NCBI GenBank assembly: GCA_040954595.2
Contig: CM082592.2
Coordinates: 12,191,796 to 12,255,795, forward strand
Reading direction: 5' to 3'
Length of the DNA: 64,000 nucleotides
Source of the DNA: Balanoglossus misakiensis
Taxonomy: Eukaryota; Animalia; Hemichordata
In this document: positions 1 through 13,693 of the stretch, in pieces
Layout of the letters: the number at the start of each line of letters is the position of its first letter
Numbering within the stretch: the stretch's first letter is position 1
Translations under genes and position numbers: made by a program
Notes under the pieces: generated by a model
The model's input: the letters and a program-made list of their open reading frames with translations, nothing else
What the model was told of the DNA's origin: nothing
The model's database searches: none

Positions 1-14
1 TCTATACATTACAG

Positions 15-3000
15 GCAAATTTATACAAAGGGTACAGAAAAAATTTCAGGATGAATTGGCTGCTGCTGGAACAACTGCAGAAGAGAACATATCCAACATT
101 CGTACCGTTAGATCATTCTGTGGAGAGGGTAAAGCCAATCACCTATATGATGAAGACATTGGTAGAAGTTACCAAGAAGGCAAAAAGTTGGCTGGAGCAC
201 AGGGATTGTTTAATGGTCTGATAGGCATTGTATCTCAGGGTTCTATAGCATTAGTATTATGGTATGGTGCCAAACTTGTGTTTGAAGGGCATATCTCAAT
301 CGGCACAATGACATGTAAGTATACTAGTGTATGTTGGAATTTCATTGTTGAAAGATGCTCACAAACAAAATTGGGTAGTGACTGTTACTGAAATGCCATT
401 TTGTGAAACATTGCAATATCCATTGGATTTCACTTTGTAATGTAGGAAAAATTGCATTTACTCATTTTGTCATCTTAGCATGAATATACAGGAATTGTAA
501 TACAGAAAAATGATTCTAAAATTCCTCTAGATTATTCTTATCAGTTCTTAGTCTCTACTGGAATATGCTGAATCAGAGGTTTAAAATGTATTGTGTGAAA
601 CTTGAGTCAAATCTGGCCTATATTGTCTTATGTCTCCAACTGTCTACTTTTAGCAATTGTTTTTGCCATTTTCCTTAATTTTGGTTAGATTATCTAGTCT
701 GGATCCAGTTGCCTCATTGATTTGAAATTAGCATCAGTTTTCTGTAATAATCTTTTTTCTTTTCTGTTTTCAGCCTTTATGTTTTATACTCTGAATGTTG
801 CCATGGCATTTGCATTTTTGTCAGCTTTATATGGGGATTTCATGAAAGCAGTTGGAGCATCTCAGCGTATGTTTGAGTTAATGGACAGAGTTCCAGAAGT
901 GAACAATGAAGGAGGAACCGTCCTGGATGAGTTTCCGTGTGACATGCGGTTAGAACATATTAGTTTCACATATCCCTCCAGACCTGATAGCAAGGTCATA
1001 AAGGTGAGAACTGGAGTGGAGGATTTCTTTATCAGTTAGATCTAAGTCAGTCTTATCTAACTACTTTGATGCAAAACTTTTACAACTTTTGACAGTCCAG
1101 TTTTCAATGAGAAAATCCATATGGAGTTATACTGTACATATGAAATCATCAGAGAGGTAAAATTTCTATAGAAGTTTAGTGTATCTACTGTGTTGTATGT
1201 TGTAACTGAAGATTCTGGAGAAGTCCGTGAAATTTGTGAAATTAATTCTTATTTAATGTACACACTATAACAAAATCTTGATTGTGAAAACCTTATGACA
1301 AATATACTACAGAATCAGGCATAGTAAATGCTTTCATTTCTGTGTTAGGACGTGAGTTTCTGGATGAAAACTGGCAGTGTAGTAGCTCTGGTTGGTCCGT
1401 CTGGTGGTGGTAAATCAACAATTGTTAGTCTCATTGAGAAGTTCTACATACCAGATACAGGTGCCATTAAACTTGGTAAGTTGATCAGCTAAAGACAGGA
1501 TGCAATCAACAAAGTACTTTCTCAGGGACAGATATTCAGAAACATTCTAGTCCTTCAAACCCTGCTATATGAAAGAGTGTAAATAGAAGAAAATGTTTTC
1601 ACTATTATAGTTTCAAACTAAAGTTATGTCATGTTGTTAGAATTTGTAATATGCTCTGTGTTGTGTACATTGATAAGGCAATACATTGTGGACATATATT
1701 GCTTCAAAGGTGCAATTTAGAGACAGTACCGGTAGGTGTAAAATCGGAGGATATTCTGTGAAAGGAGAAAATGCAGAAAATGATGACAACTTGAATACAC
1801 TGATATACAATATGTCTACTCATATAGGCATTACAATTTAAATGTTGTTTTCACTATTTCCCATGATAGGTGACCATGACATGAAAAGTCTAGACCCATC
1901 TTGGTTCCGTAAGAAAATGGCAATGGTTGGACAGGAGCCAGTCTTGTTTGCATCTTCCATTAAAGATAACATAACATATGGCCGGAATGCAACTGATCAA
2001 GAGGTAAAAATGTATAACTATATCATAGTTTTTGAATTAAATCCATACAAGATTTAAAGATGTCATGACTACATATCATTAGTGGTACTATTTGACTTAT
2101 GTGGTCCATTGTTCTAGACATAATTTGATTGTCACAGTTTTATCAAATGCAGTCGAAATGTTCAACTTCTGAACAGCATTTTTCTTCTATTTATGAATAA
2201 GAAATCTTAAGCTTCTTCCACTCTGTTGAACTTGAACTATGTTTTTCTGTGTCACCAACATGTCATGTTTTGTCATTTCCACATGTCTTGATACAATACA
2301 TGCAGGTTGATTTGAAGAAATATAGGATAACAATTGTTTTTGCAAGAAACACGCTAAGTTATTGTTATAACAGATTTGCTGAATTTAAAACTTTGATCAA
2401 CAAACATAAAAGACACACAAAATATTTACAATGTAAAGTTAATGTCATATTAATAACCTTTTATTTTCAGATTGAAGATGCAGCCAGACAGGCTAATGCA
2501 CATGAATTCATATCATCATTTGAAGAAGGATATGACACACTGGTTGGAGAAAGAGGTGTACGACTATCTGGTGGACAGAAACAGAGAATAGCAATTGCTA
2601 GAGCTTTGATTATGGATCCTAATATTCTTCTGTTGGATGAGGTGCGATGTCTAAATTGTTGTGTTGTCAGGATTTCAGAGAAAAAAACATTCTATTCAAA
2701 TTTACATTGGCTTCATTTTTCTTCTTAGCATTCATCTGTGTTTATGTTTTCAGGCAACCAGTGCACTTGATGCGGAAAGTGAACATTTGGTTCAAGAAGC
2801 CATCGATAGAGCTATGAAAGGCAGAACTGTGTTGGTGATAGCTCATAGATTATCAACAGTTAGGAATGCATCACAGGTTTGTATGAAATGCAGAACAGTT
2901 CCAGTGAATATCGTTATGCTGTATTGATGCACAAAACAGAATTTACCATTATTTCAAGATTTCTGTAAACATATATGACTTCCCATCATTTAAATAATAT

Positions 3001-3484
3001 TATCAGTCATATTTTTCTTTACACGATTGCACTTAATTGATAGAGCTTACATGTGCTTGTATTTTGCATTTTGATTTTCATGTGTGTATATACCCCCGGT
3101 AAATGTATATGTCTGTGTGTGAAAGTGTCTGTGTTAAGATGGATGTGTCTGTCTCCATACATCAATACATGTAGATGTGCCTGTATGTGGGCATGGATTT
3201 ATCAGGTTGTGTATCTCTTTACAAATACAGTCATTCAGGGGAAACATGAACAATTATTAAATGTCATTTATTTTCAACAGGTGATTGTAATCAACAAAGG
3301 TGTGGTAGCTGAGAGTGGAACCCATGATGAATTAATACAAAAAGGTGGAGTGTACAAGAAACTAGTCTTGCGTCAGCTAAGTGCAGGTGCCTTAACTCAA
3401 GCTGATGTCCATGTCAATATTGCTGGTGATGATATTGCAATGAAGGATGATGATGAAAATGAATTTGAAGAGTCTGATAATTAG
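15..3484 (+). CDS. ABCB-family half-transporter (ABCB10/TAP-like), 3' part; 5' end lies upstream of the window
   Basis: Exons 15-314, 774-1003, 1349-1475, 1870-2003, 2471-2641, 2754-2876, 3281-3484 join in frame at GT-AG sites. Motifs: TMD end ([14 protein letters not shown]), Walker [11 protein letters not shown]-loop VGQEPVLF, signature LSGGQKQR, Walker B LLLDEATSALD, H-loop IAHRLST. Stop TAG at 3482-3484. Confidence 0.92.
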
Positions 3485-6231
3485 AATTATCTCAGGGAGA
3501 GTTCACAATATGTAGATTAACAAAGGTTATGACCGCATTCAAATATGACTGTATTATTTGGATTTGGCTGATCTGTCACCACATGTACAGTAGACTGTGA
3601 ATTGTAAACAAAACAGTACAATAAAATTCCAGCAATATTTGAGGCCTGACAATAAGACATTGAATCAAGTCTACTCAGTTGTTTTTGTTTACGTTTTGTA
3701 AATGTATTAATATTATTTACCATGTCTGTTATGCATCTTTTATACCCACTGTAACAACTGCAGATGGACTGTATGTTGAACTTGACACAAACTGCCCCCC
3801 AAATAAAAAACAAAATCACATTTCTAGAATTGAGCTGGCAGATTGTACTAGGAGAGACAAAAAAGCAGAGCAATATTATTGAAATACAATCATGTATATA
3901 AGAGGTGTTTTATATATCATCATTATTCATAGCATTCACATTTGTTATACTATTCGGTGATTTGTAGACTTCTGTCATATAGTCAGGTTGATGGTATTTA
4001 TTGCGAAATTATGCAGATATATTCACACCACCTTCTTATACTTATCTAGCTGATTGTTTTAAAGAGGAAAATTAAACATTGTTCACCATGTCATCTTGAG
4101 ATCAAAGTTCATGAGCATACATTTTTTAAACTACTAAGTTTTTATGAGCTTATTTTTGAGAGGCTTTTAAATGTGACATGGAACCTGCATTTTGTTAAAG
4201 ACTTGTACATTAGATAGCATCTCCCCTTCCCCAGAAGCTGTTGCTCTTTCAACATTGCAAAGGCATGGATAAAGTTTTAGATTGCTTGACAATATACCTG
4301 ATGTATGTGCAACAATGTCAAACAAATTCTGCAAAGACTTTGTAAGGGTATTCTTAGGGACAGTTTTTCTTATGTGTTGCCGACATTGATTTGTGGTGTG
4401 GTTTGGGGTTTGAACAAATTAAACATTGTGTGTGTGGTACTCAAGTAGGACCATATAATTGTGACAGCCAGGTCGATTGCCCTCTATTGGTGTTTTACTA
4501 TCGAATATTGAAGATGACACCAGTGGGTGTCAAATACAGACACCAGCACTACATGTATGCAGAAAAACACACTAATTATGGCTGTCAGGGGTGTGGCTGA
4601 GTGAATTTTCATGTTCTTTCTTTTCGTTGTTCCACAATATGGACACAGCTGATTATCATCAATTAATTGATAGAACTGCAGTTCAACTGACCCAGTGGTG
4701 TAGAGACTTTAACAGGAAAAAACACAGTAAATTCAATATTGGTGGCAGAGACACTTTAATGCTAAATCCAATCCATTCAAATTTGTAAAACAATCACACC
4801 AAACAGCAGTTTAACTTTGAATTCAACTTGCATGATTGTAAAGATAAAACCAAACATACAACAGTAGCATCTACATTCTATCACATGTACAAATAGTTTT
4901 TAGAATACAATTTCTTTATAAACATACTTGACAATACATTAAATACGTAACGTTGTAATAATAGTTGTCTTGTTTCTACACAATGAGTTTCCTTGTAATG
5001 TACAAAAGTCTTTCTCCAAATGAAATGCACCAGTCAATTGAAAGCTCTGCCTGTCTTGGCTGAAACGTTCTGGCACAGTACATAATTGAGTGTGGTTTGA
5101 ACAAAACTTTGACATAACCAGGGTGTATAGTAGATGTAGCCGAGATCAGACATATTCTGAATTACAAAAAATGATAATTGATCAAGATCCTGTCGCAGGG
5201 TCCATTATTACAAACCCGTAACCTATGGCACAATATGTTTGACTTTCATTTCAACTTTTTTTTACTAAATTTAATCATATGCAGACTGTTGACATTTGCA
5301 TTTAACACACTATATACATTTTCAGTATGAATTTTAAAAACATGGAATTATGTGTCATCTTTTTTCAAGCACTGTTAAGTTGCATAATACCCTCTGAAGT
5401 AAACTTGAAGCATAAAAGGTTTAAAAGTTTGTGATATCATCGACTATGATTTACATTAAAATACTGAGTTCAACATTTAAGGTGATATAAAATACTTTCA
5501 AAGAAAGATACTGTAGTATGCAACTGTGTGCCATTTCCAAAATTGATTCAATTGTGTCACAAAATTAAAAATAAGTCGTGCAGAAAAAGTGAGATAAACT
5601 AGTAAACGATGGCAAGAGTGAATGCATCTGCATTTCCAAAAAAAGCTGCAACCTCACTAACATTAGACAGAGAACACACCTCATTTGAATAGGGTTGTTA
5701 CCCTATCACGGAACTGAGAACAGTGGCTTTCTGTCTGAAGTAACTATTTACTAACTCCAGAGTGAGCATGTGATATTGATAATCAACAATTTAAAAAATA
5801 CTGCTTAACAAACAAGTTAACGTTTCCATTAAAACTGCTAAAAGTGATTAATACCATAACTAATTGGGACAATGATAAGCTGTTAAAAACTGTGATTGAA
5901 TTCTCTAAAGTTTAAAAGTAGCAAGCACTCATACAATTAATTTCATGTCAAACAACATAAAACATGGACATTGATTGATTGATAACTTAGACATTAATCC
6001 AGTGTGATGAAAGGCCCAATTGTCTGAATACAGACTGAACCACACCAAAGTTGATCTTCAATAGCTTATGGAATATATCTTGAATTTTTTGGCACTAGAA
6101 ATATGACCTGTTCCATTGAAGTCAAACTTTTACTTTAAAAACATCACTTGCTGGTTGTTTAATAAAATAGTCTGTTAAGAGCTGCATGCAGAACCATGTC
6201 AACTAGTAGGGAAGTATTTCCATGACAACAA

Positions 6232-9141
6232 CTAGCAGCAGTTTGGTTTCCCTCCAGAACTGTCTCCATCCACAAGATCTATTGATCCTGTCAAATCTGA
6301 TGGCTTTCGTACTCCTGGAAGAAAATTTCAGATAACGCAAATTAATTTTCTCTGTGCCATGTGTGGTATCTGAAGTGTTCTGACTGCATGGTCCAGTACT
6401 CTGCGACTTACTGGCCTCGTTTTCGTGTTGTCTGCTTGGAGATGATGCCATGTTTTGGAACCTCAAGAGATGGTGTTGAGAGAAGGAAATAACAGTATCA
6501 AGTCTACCAATTAAAAAGATATTTGACTAAGGTACTTACTGACAAGATTGCTTCCACCTCCTATTGACTTGGATGGCTGTTGTGAATCATCAACTTCTTT
6601 TTGTACGGCAACATCAAACGTCATAGCGGCTAACCTTGTGAAAAATTCTGTCACATTTTCCCCTGCCATCAACAAGAGAAGCCACAAATTAACATTTGTT
6701 TAATACTGGATTCATTAATGGATACAACAATACCAGTCTGTTGAAAACACAACAGATAATCTGAAAATTGCTAACATACGTGTCATATACCGTATGCAGT
6801 TCTTTTTGTATTGAATTATCACTGTACCAAAAGCTGAAGAGTTAAACACCTCAGCTGTTCCTACAATGGATGGTGAGGTTTTTTGATGATTAATCAATGA
6901 GGCAGCTAGAATATTGATTAAAACTGTCCGTAATTTCTTTGTACGACTGCATACCTGTTTTTGAAGACACTGACCAGTATTCTGCATTGAGTTCCTTCGC
7001 TTTTTCAATGGCAATCTCTTCAATCTCGGCAAATTTGGACTGTGACTAAGAAGTAAAAGTTAATGTCAACAATTGATTGATAAAAACTAAATGTTATTGT
7101 TCATTCTTTGTGGATTACTGTAATTTTAGAACCTTGTACATTACACATTTCTCAGCTGTTCCTACAATGTCCCTAAATGTTTCATGCCAGATGGCTTCTA
7201 TATTGTCTGTAACACATCATGTCTTGGACATTACTTTTACTATATAATGCGCTCTGACATAAAAAATCATTTATTTTGTGAATAACAATATATTATAACT
7301 TCAATATTAATTTATTAACATCTCAAGTTCAATGCGACTCTACTGTTATCATACTCACACATAAATCCATTTTTGTTCCCACTAAAAATACCAAGGCATC
7401 ATCATTATTAGTTTCTATGGTAGCATCCTCCAGCCATCGTGTTGTGTTTTCAAGAGATGACAGATCAGACAGATCAAATACTACAATTATTACTGAAAGG
7501 GAACAATAAAGTGAAATTGGGCTTAATTAAGTTTCACAGACATGTGCATGAATATCGAATGGTCTTGCAAGAACATCACATCATGTAATTGATGGTACTA
7601 TGGATTTACTATTAAAGGACTTTGCTATCTAAAAGTCATTGGGTCAAGAGTAAGAGATTTGGGTTGAAGGAATGAAAGTGTGATCATGCTGGAAAGTACC
7701 GGTACATACCATGAGCACCTCTGTAATAGGCAGCAGCAATACACTTGAACCTCTCTTGTCCTGCTGTGTCCCAACTGACAGGTTAATAAAATAAAAAAAG
7801 GAAAGTCATTCGGACGATAAGATTTCATCATCTATGAAGTGTTTACAAATTGTGAGTAATGGAAGTTGAAATGATTATGTGCTATTCACTTGAAATAACA
7901 CAAGTACCATACAACCTTCTTCATTAAAAATAAGATTGATGACACAATCTCAAAAAATCATTGTTGACCGTAGCATCAACACACTGACGTGAATATACAT
8001 GTATAACATCTGATAGCAACTTACATTTGTAAATTAAATGGCACATTGAGAATATCAAATCTTTCCACTTCAAAGTCTACACCTATCGTGGCTTTGTAAT
8101 CTCTGTTAAACACATGATGGCAGAATCTGTTGACGAGGCACGTTTTGCCAACAGATACATCTCCTATCACGATACATTTAGATATCTTCAATCTGAAAAA
8201 GATGAAACATACATTTGTTTAAAGAAATATTCCTTCTATGTGCTGACAAATTATCATTGATGTTAAACATTATCAATGTACAATGCTTCTTATATAAGCT
8301 TACAACATACAGCACACTGTAATGCAATGCTAACTTACCCTACTGTTCCAGTTTTGTTAGCTGCACATGCATTCTTCACCATTGGATGAAAGCTGTTTTG
8401 TTTATATGGAGTTCCACTTATATTATAAGCCTGAAATTAAACAATGCCACAAATAAAACTTGTACAGAAAACATAGAAGATAGTCATCAAAATTGAAAGT
8501 ACATCTTGAATGATGTTATTAAGATAATGCGTGACTTACTCTTCTTCTTCACAATATATGAACAGAGTATCATCTTGCTACAATATATTTATGTCTCAAT
8601 ATTTGAGGATATTTCTTGTGCATGTACTTGTTTTTGAGGTTTATTTATTACCATATGTAAACTAAGCTGTATCAGAGATTACTAGTCACGTAGTGACAAG
8701 TTATCCCAAAGATCGAATGCTATATACAGCAGCAATAATAACAAAATAAAACATTTTTATATCAATAATCATGTGGATAAACTATGTTAATATGGCATTA
8801 TGTTAATTGTTATTACTGAATGATCTCACTGAAATCTACATTGTAAATAATCACGTGCACCTGTATTTCTTTCTTTATTTTTTCTCATCTATGTCTATGA
8901 GTTTGATTGATAACTGATTTTATCGATTTAAGAGTTCATAAATATTGAAAATGCACACAAATATTAATAAAAAATGCCAAAACCATCGAAAGATTTTCCG
9001 TGAGTTTAATGTATACACTTGTAGTCCCGCAGCCGTGTGACATTTTAAAGTGAAAATACCGACCATATGTTAATATTCGTTTACCTGTGGAAACCTCGTA
9101 ATAGTTCTATCACGGGCTGCCTTTTCGTCGCGCTGTTTCAT
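6232..9141 (-). CDS. RAB34: Rab34/Rab36-family small GTPase, 8 exons, ~270 aa
   Basis: Exons 9141-9085, 8430-8339, 8192-8025, 7774-7710, 7492-7359, 7045-6955, 6662-6540, 6314-6232 total 813 nt in frame. Motifs: [61 protein letters not shown] and a C-terminal CC prenylation site. Probably co-orthologous to vertebrate RAB34 and RAB36. Mostly absent from the ORF track. Confidence 0.93.
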
Positions 9142-9760
9142 CTTTTTTTACGTTCGCATATGGAGAATATAATGAGAACCGATGGAATTTTGTAGAGCCC
9201 GACCACAAAGCACTTCGGTCTGCACAGAACTTGCAAACTGAGTGAAAGTTGTCAGTCTATCAGTTATGTCGCCGAAAAGTTCATAATCCTTTTTCGAGTT
9301 TTCCCCTCTAAACGTTTCGTATGGGTATTTGTAAACACAGAATTCTCAATGACGTGTCAGTTACTGTTTCTCAAAGCCAAGACACGGTTACCTAGGTGTT
9401 CGTTGACAGCTGGGAGAATCGCCTAGTTAAAGATCCGGACCGGACGTGGACGCGAACCTGAGTGGATTGACATAACCCGGAAGTACTAAGTATATAAACC
9501 AGGAATAATTCTGAGTGTGTTTGTTTGTGCATTGAGCAGAGTCATTCTATCTCTCTTTCTCAAAAATAACACATCACAATCAGAACATAATACATTTACA
9601 TATATTAAACATACATAAAAGTCGTAATTATATGCTAGATTTTGTGGTTATAAGTAAGAATTGGGGATACATAATAAACTTCCGTGATCTCTTCTCAACT
9701 AATGAAAACCCTGAATTTAAATAGGTGAAACCCGTCTACATCTCGTTCTCTTTCGCCAAC
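9142..9760. promoter_or_regulatory. Bidirectional promoter region between Rab34/36 and RPL23A, with a TCT/5'TOP initiator
   Basis: The divergent ATGs are 620 bp apart and the interval is locally CpG-rich. It contains an ETS-type CCGGAAGT near 9477, a forkhead-like GTAAACA near 9331, and a pyrimidine tract TCTCGTTCTCTTTC at 9741-9754 just before the RPL23A ATG, typical of ribosomal protein genes. Confidence 0.65.
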
Positions 9761-11700
9761 ATGGGTCCGAAGACTAGGAAGGAAGGTACACACTTGTCGC
9801 TGTATATTAAATTTAAACTTCATACATTTTGTGGAATAATAACACCAATCATCAGTTTTGATCGGTGCATTGCAGTTTTTTCAATCTCGTTGTTGTAACA
9901 TTTATAAACATACACAATTTTCACTCACCGGAATGTACATGTATGTTGTGTTCCCCACCATAGTACATCTGGCGGGGAGGGGAAGTAAACGTGAATGCTT
10001 GCAATGAATAGCATAAATGGAAAACTTTTGCAGATACAAATCAAATAGTATATATAATAAAGCAGCAATGTAACCACACTGGCTAGCCTACCAGAGAACT
10101 TGGAATTGCAATTGTGTCCAGTGATGCGATACTGGGGAGGGGAATTCATTTGTCATCAATAGCAGTGGCCATTACATACAGGCTATCCAGAGTAGAACAA
10201 GAAACTGGAGTTGATGCATGGGAGAAAAATACTGAAAAATAGCAAAAAATCAGCATTAATGGGGCTTTCAGTCAGGTAACAGTGTGAATTCTTTGATTGA
10301 CAGCGCTTATCAAAGCGGGCAAGAAGGGCCCAGCAACAAAGGAACCAGCAGCTAAGGTTGCTGCCAAGGCAGAGGCTGCTGCAGCTAAAGCCAAAGCAGA
10401 TGCTTTGAAAGCAAGGAAGTCAACGCTTAAAGGTGTACATAGTCAGAAGAAAAAGAAGATAAAAACCATTATCAAGTTTAAAAGACCACGAACATTGAAA
10501 CTTAGAAGAAATCCTAAATATCCTCGCCGTAGTGTACCAAGACGTAATAAGTAAGTTAGTGAATGTATGGTCTTCATGTATGCACCAATGACAAATCTGT
10601 TTTCTTTGTAAAGTACACCAAAGACATTGTCCTAGAATATGTCATGGCAGAGAGAGGGGTGAAAAGCAACCCCCCCCCCCCCCAAAAAAAAAAGTTGTTT
10701 TGGTCATTTGGCACTCACCCTTAAGTTCTGCTGGAGAGCATTTGAAATGTGAGATACATACAAGTCTGAAGATGAGTTCTTGACTACCGTGTACAAATGT
10801 AATGTTAAATATCAGAAAACTAATGTACGGTTATGTGAATTTTCTACAAAAACAGGCTTGACCATTATAACATCGTCAAATTTCCCCTTACAACTGAGTC
10901 AGCTATGAAGAAAATTGAAGACAACAATACTTTAGTATTTATCGTGGCACTCAAAGCCAACAAACCACAGATCAAGCTAGCAGTCAAGAAGTTGTATGAC
11001 ATCGATGTTGCAAAGGTCAATACACTTATCAGGTAAGGTTGAGGATACAGTGTGCGATCTTGAGAATTTAAGTGGGGGAAATTTTGCATATGTGTTTTGG
11101 CATGTTATTGAAAAACTAGGAAGGAAGATATATTTACAATTGTCTTTATAGATGTATTTGTTTCCAAGACGTATGGATACTGGGTAATTTCAAGTGATAG
11201 TGCATTTTAGTCACTAGACAGTTGCATGAAAAAGTAAATATTAGAATTTGATGTATTTGTTTTGAAAAACTAAATTTCAAGAAACTATATTTGTTGGTCT
11301 ATAAACAGTTACATTAGAATATGTCTGTATGCAAAATATTGTCTGTGGGAATAAATAAATGACATTAATGCTTTGTGTTATTGTAACTTTGCAGACCGGA
11401 TGGCCAAAAGAAGGCTTATGTAAGACTGGCACCTGACTATGATGCACTGGATGTGGCAAACAAGGTATGTGCAACGATAGAAGTTTGTATTCCCTTGTGG
11501 GGACACTCCTACAATTGTCTGTTTGACAAATTGATCCTACTTGCTAGATGATTATCACGAGACCAGAGGTTGTATTGAAAGGAACCCTGTCTGTTAAAAA
11601 ATACTAGTGCCTCATCTAACATAGTTTTCTTGTATCACCCATTTTACACACATTTGATGAATACTTTTTTTAATTTTAATTTCAGATTGGCATCATCTAA
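9761..11700 (+). CDS. RPL23A: 60S ribosomal protein L23a (uL23), 5 exons, ~177 aa
   Basis: Exons 9761-9785, 10304-10550, 10856-11032, 11395-11464, 11686-11700 total 534 nt. Translation: MGPKTRKE...[45 protein letters not shown]...[40 protein letters not shown] near 11743. Confidence 0.97.
10646..10798 (+). ncRNA. Candidate intronic H/ACA snoRNA in RPL23A intron 2
   Basis: First hairpin GCAGAG/TTCTGC plus GGGTGA/TCACCC, H-box-like AGAGCA at 10735-10740, a second hairpin, then ACA+3 nt at 10793-10798, about 60 nt before the acceptor. The C13-A10 run in the loop is atypical. Confidence 0.25.
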
Positions 11701-13426
11701 GAAGACTGTCAGAATTTGCTTTAAAAAACTATAACAACGGCAAATAAATGAATATTTGACTGTAATTAAGTTGTTTGACTTTATTTTGTCATCACTCTCC
11801 AATGTGAAAGACTTCAGATGGTTAATACTTCTAGATTGCAGCATTCATACAACAGGTGCACAAATGCGAATGGATAAATCTAATTGGCCAATCAGAAGCA
11901 ACTATAAGACTGCATACAGCAATTAGACAAACCATAACTGCAACTGTTGGTCTGATGAAAAAAAAAAATTGACATGTTTAGGCCTATGTGCCAGGCCAAA
12001 TGCAGTGTTTGCCCAGATCTCAATCTGCACCTGTTGTACACATGTTTGCAGACTAGTTTAACAGATGTATTGGCCAGTCATTTCCTGATCAACAGTACAT
12101 GGGGGATTTCTTCCATGTCTAACATGACCTATCATCATGGTTTGCCCTCTCAGACTTTGTTCCTGGCAACATACTGAAATTTACCCATATTCACCCAGTT
12201 TTTAAGAGGATTTGGCCATGATATTGTACACCTAACAGGACTAAATTGGCAAAGATTCTCGTTGCCTTTCCCATTAATTTTCCGATTACGGTAACAAATT
12301 TGAAATATTTCATTAAATCGACAGAACCACTAGGTTAAATTCAGCCCACCCCGAAAAAGGAATGTTTCAATAGCCTTGATAGTATCGCCAGTTCTCGCCG
12401 CTCGTGGCGCACTTCGTGTGACCATCACCGAATGATAGATCGACACCTGTCTGGTGAGAATATAGTCCTTCACGTCTACCCACACACATACACACAAACT
12501 CAACCATGCACGTAAATACGCCCAGAATTATGTTTATTAATAAAAGCATACATACTTGTATAAGTTACGACCGAGTGAATTGGTCAATTTCGCAGAAAAG
12601 TTGATATATTGATTGTACATACTGGAGCTTGATTTGACATTTATACTCGCCTGCATCATCAAAGGTACAGTTTAAAATCGTCAGAGAAAAGTCGAGAGAA
12701 TTCTCGAATGATTGAAACAATTATTCACAGCGAGTTTGTAACGATAATAGTCACGGCAGCTACAATTATTGCCATGGATCCTATTCGCACCCAGATCAAC
12801 GCGAACCGAAAATAATAACTCACTGTTATCGCCTGCAGTTGGTTTTGTCCATATGATATTGATGATACCATTGTGTACTGTTGCCCGATCTCCGACATCA
12901 AAGAAACAAGGAAGAGAAGCAATTCTACTTTCAAAAACCGTCACTTCTCCAATTTTGTAGTGGTCGACAAAAATGGTCGTCCCAAGATGTAACGCATTCA
13001 GTAAAAGTACATGTAATAGATTCAACAACCGATTGCTGAAGTCGTGCATAGTGATAATAGACAGATCTCGTCACAGAACATGAACCATCAGACACACACA
13101 CACCGCGAAATCGTTCCTCGATCCGGATTCTCAAGTAGCCTATTTGCTATTTGTTTGACAAATCACAGTCGCGTGGACAAACCTATATTTAGTTACATCT
13201 TGCCCCGGGATCATGCAAAAGTCTCAACACCAACCGTGGCCGGGACACCAACATGCCATGAATGATGCGATCATATTTCGCTACTGAAGGAAGGTCTCTC
13301 CCCTTTCCCTTTATGGAGTGTAATTCCCCCCTAGCCTCTCCCCTCCTCTTTCTTTCTCTCTCTCTCGCCCCCTCCTCCTCCCTTTCTTTCTCTCCTCTCA
13401 GGGGACCAGACTATTTCATCTTTTAC

Positions 13427-13441
13427 AGCGCCACCTACGGT
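13427..13441 (+). promoter_or_regulatory. CTCF-like motif upstream of SPRING1
   Basis: AGCGCCACCTACGG resembles the CTCF core. Motif match only. Confidence 0.35.
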
Positions 13442-13693
13442 TAGTGATATACTTTTCTTTAACTGATTGCGTATATCTTGGTTGCACATTCGTATAAAAT
13501 AAATGTGTGTTTTCTACTTTTATATATGATGAATCCGATGTCCTACAAAATTATTTGAAGATAAAAAACATTTTAAGACTGTCTGATGATTGAAAAGATG
13601 GACTCATCTATACGAACACTCTCGTTGGAATACACAGACTATGTTTACTATGCTCGTGACTACGCTTTGACCTCAAAATATTTTTGATGTGTG

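Noticed and set aside
12367-13265. CpG-rich stretch with several overlapping 60-122 aa ORFs between RPL23A and SPRING1, checked as a possible TLCD1-like neighbour
   Set aside because: No recognisable motif and no consistent exon chain; it may be regulatory or non-coding transcribed sequence.
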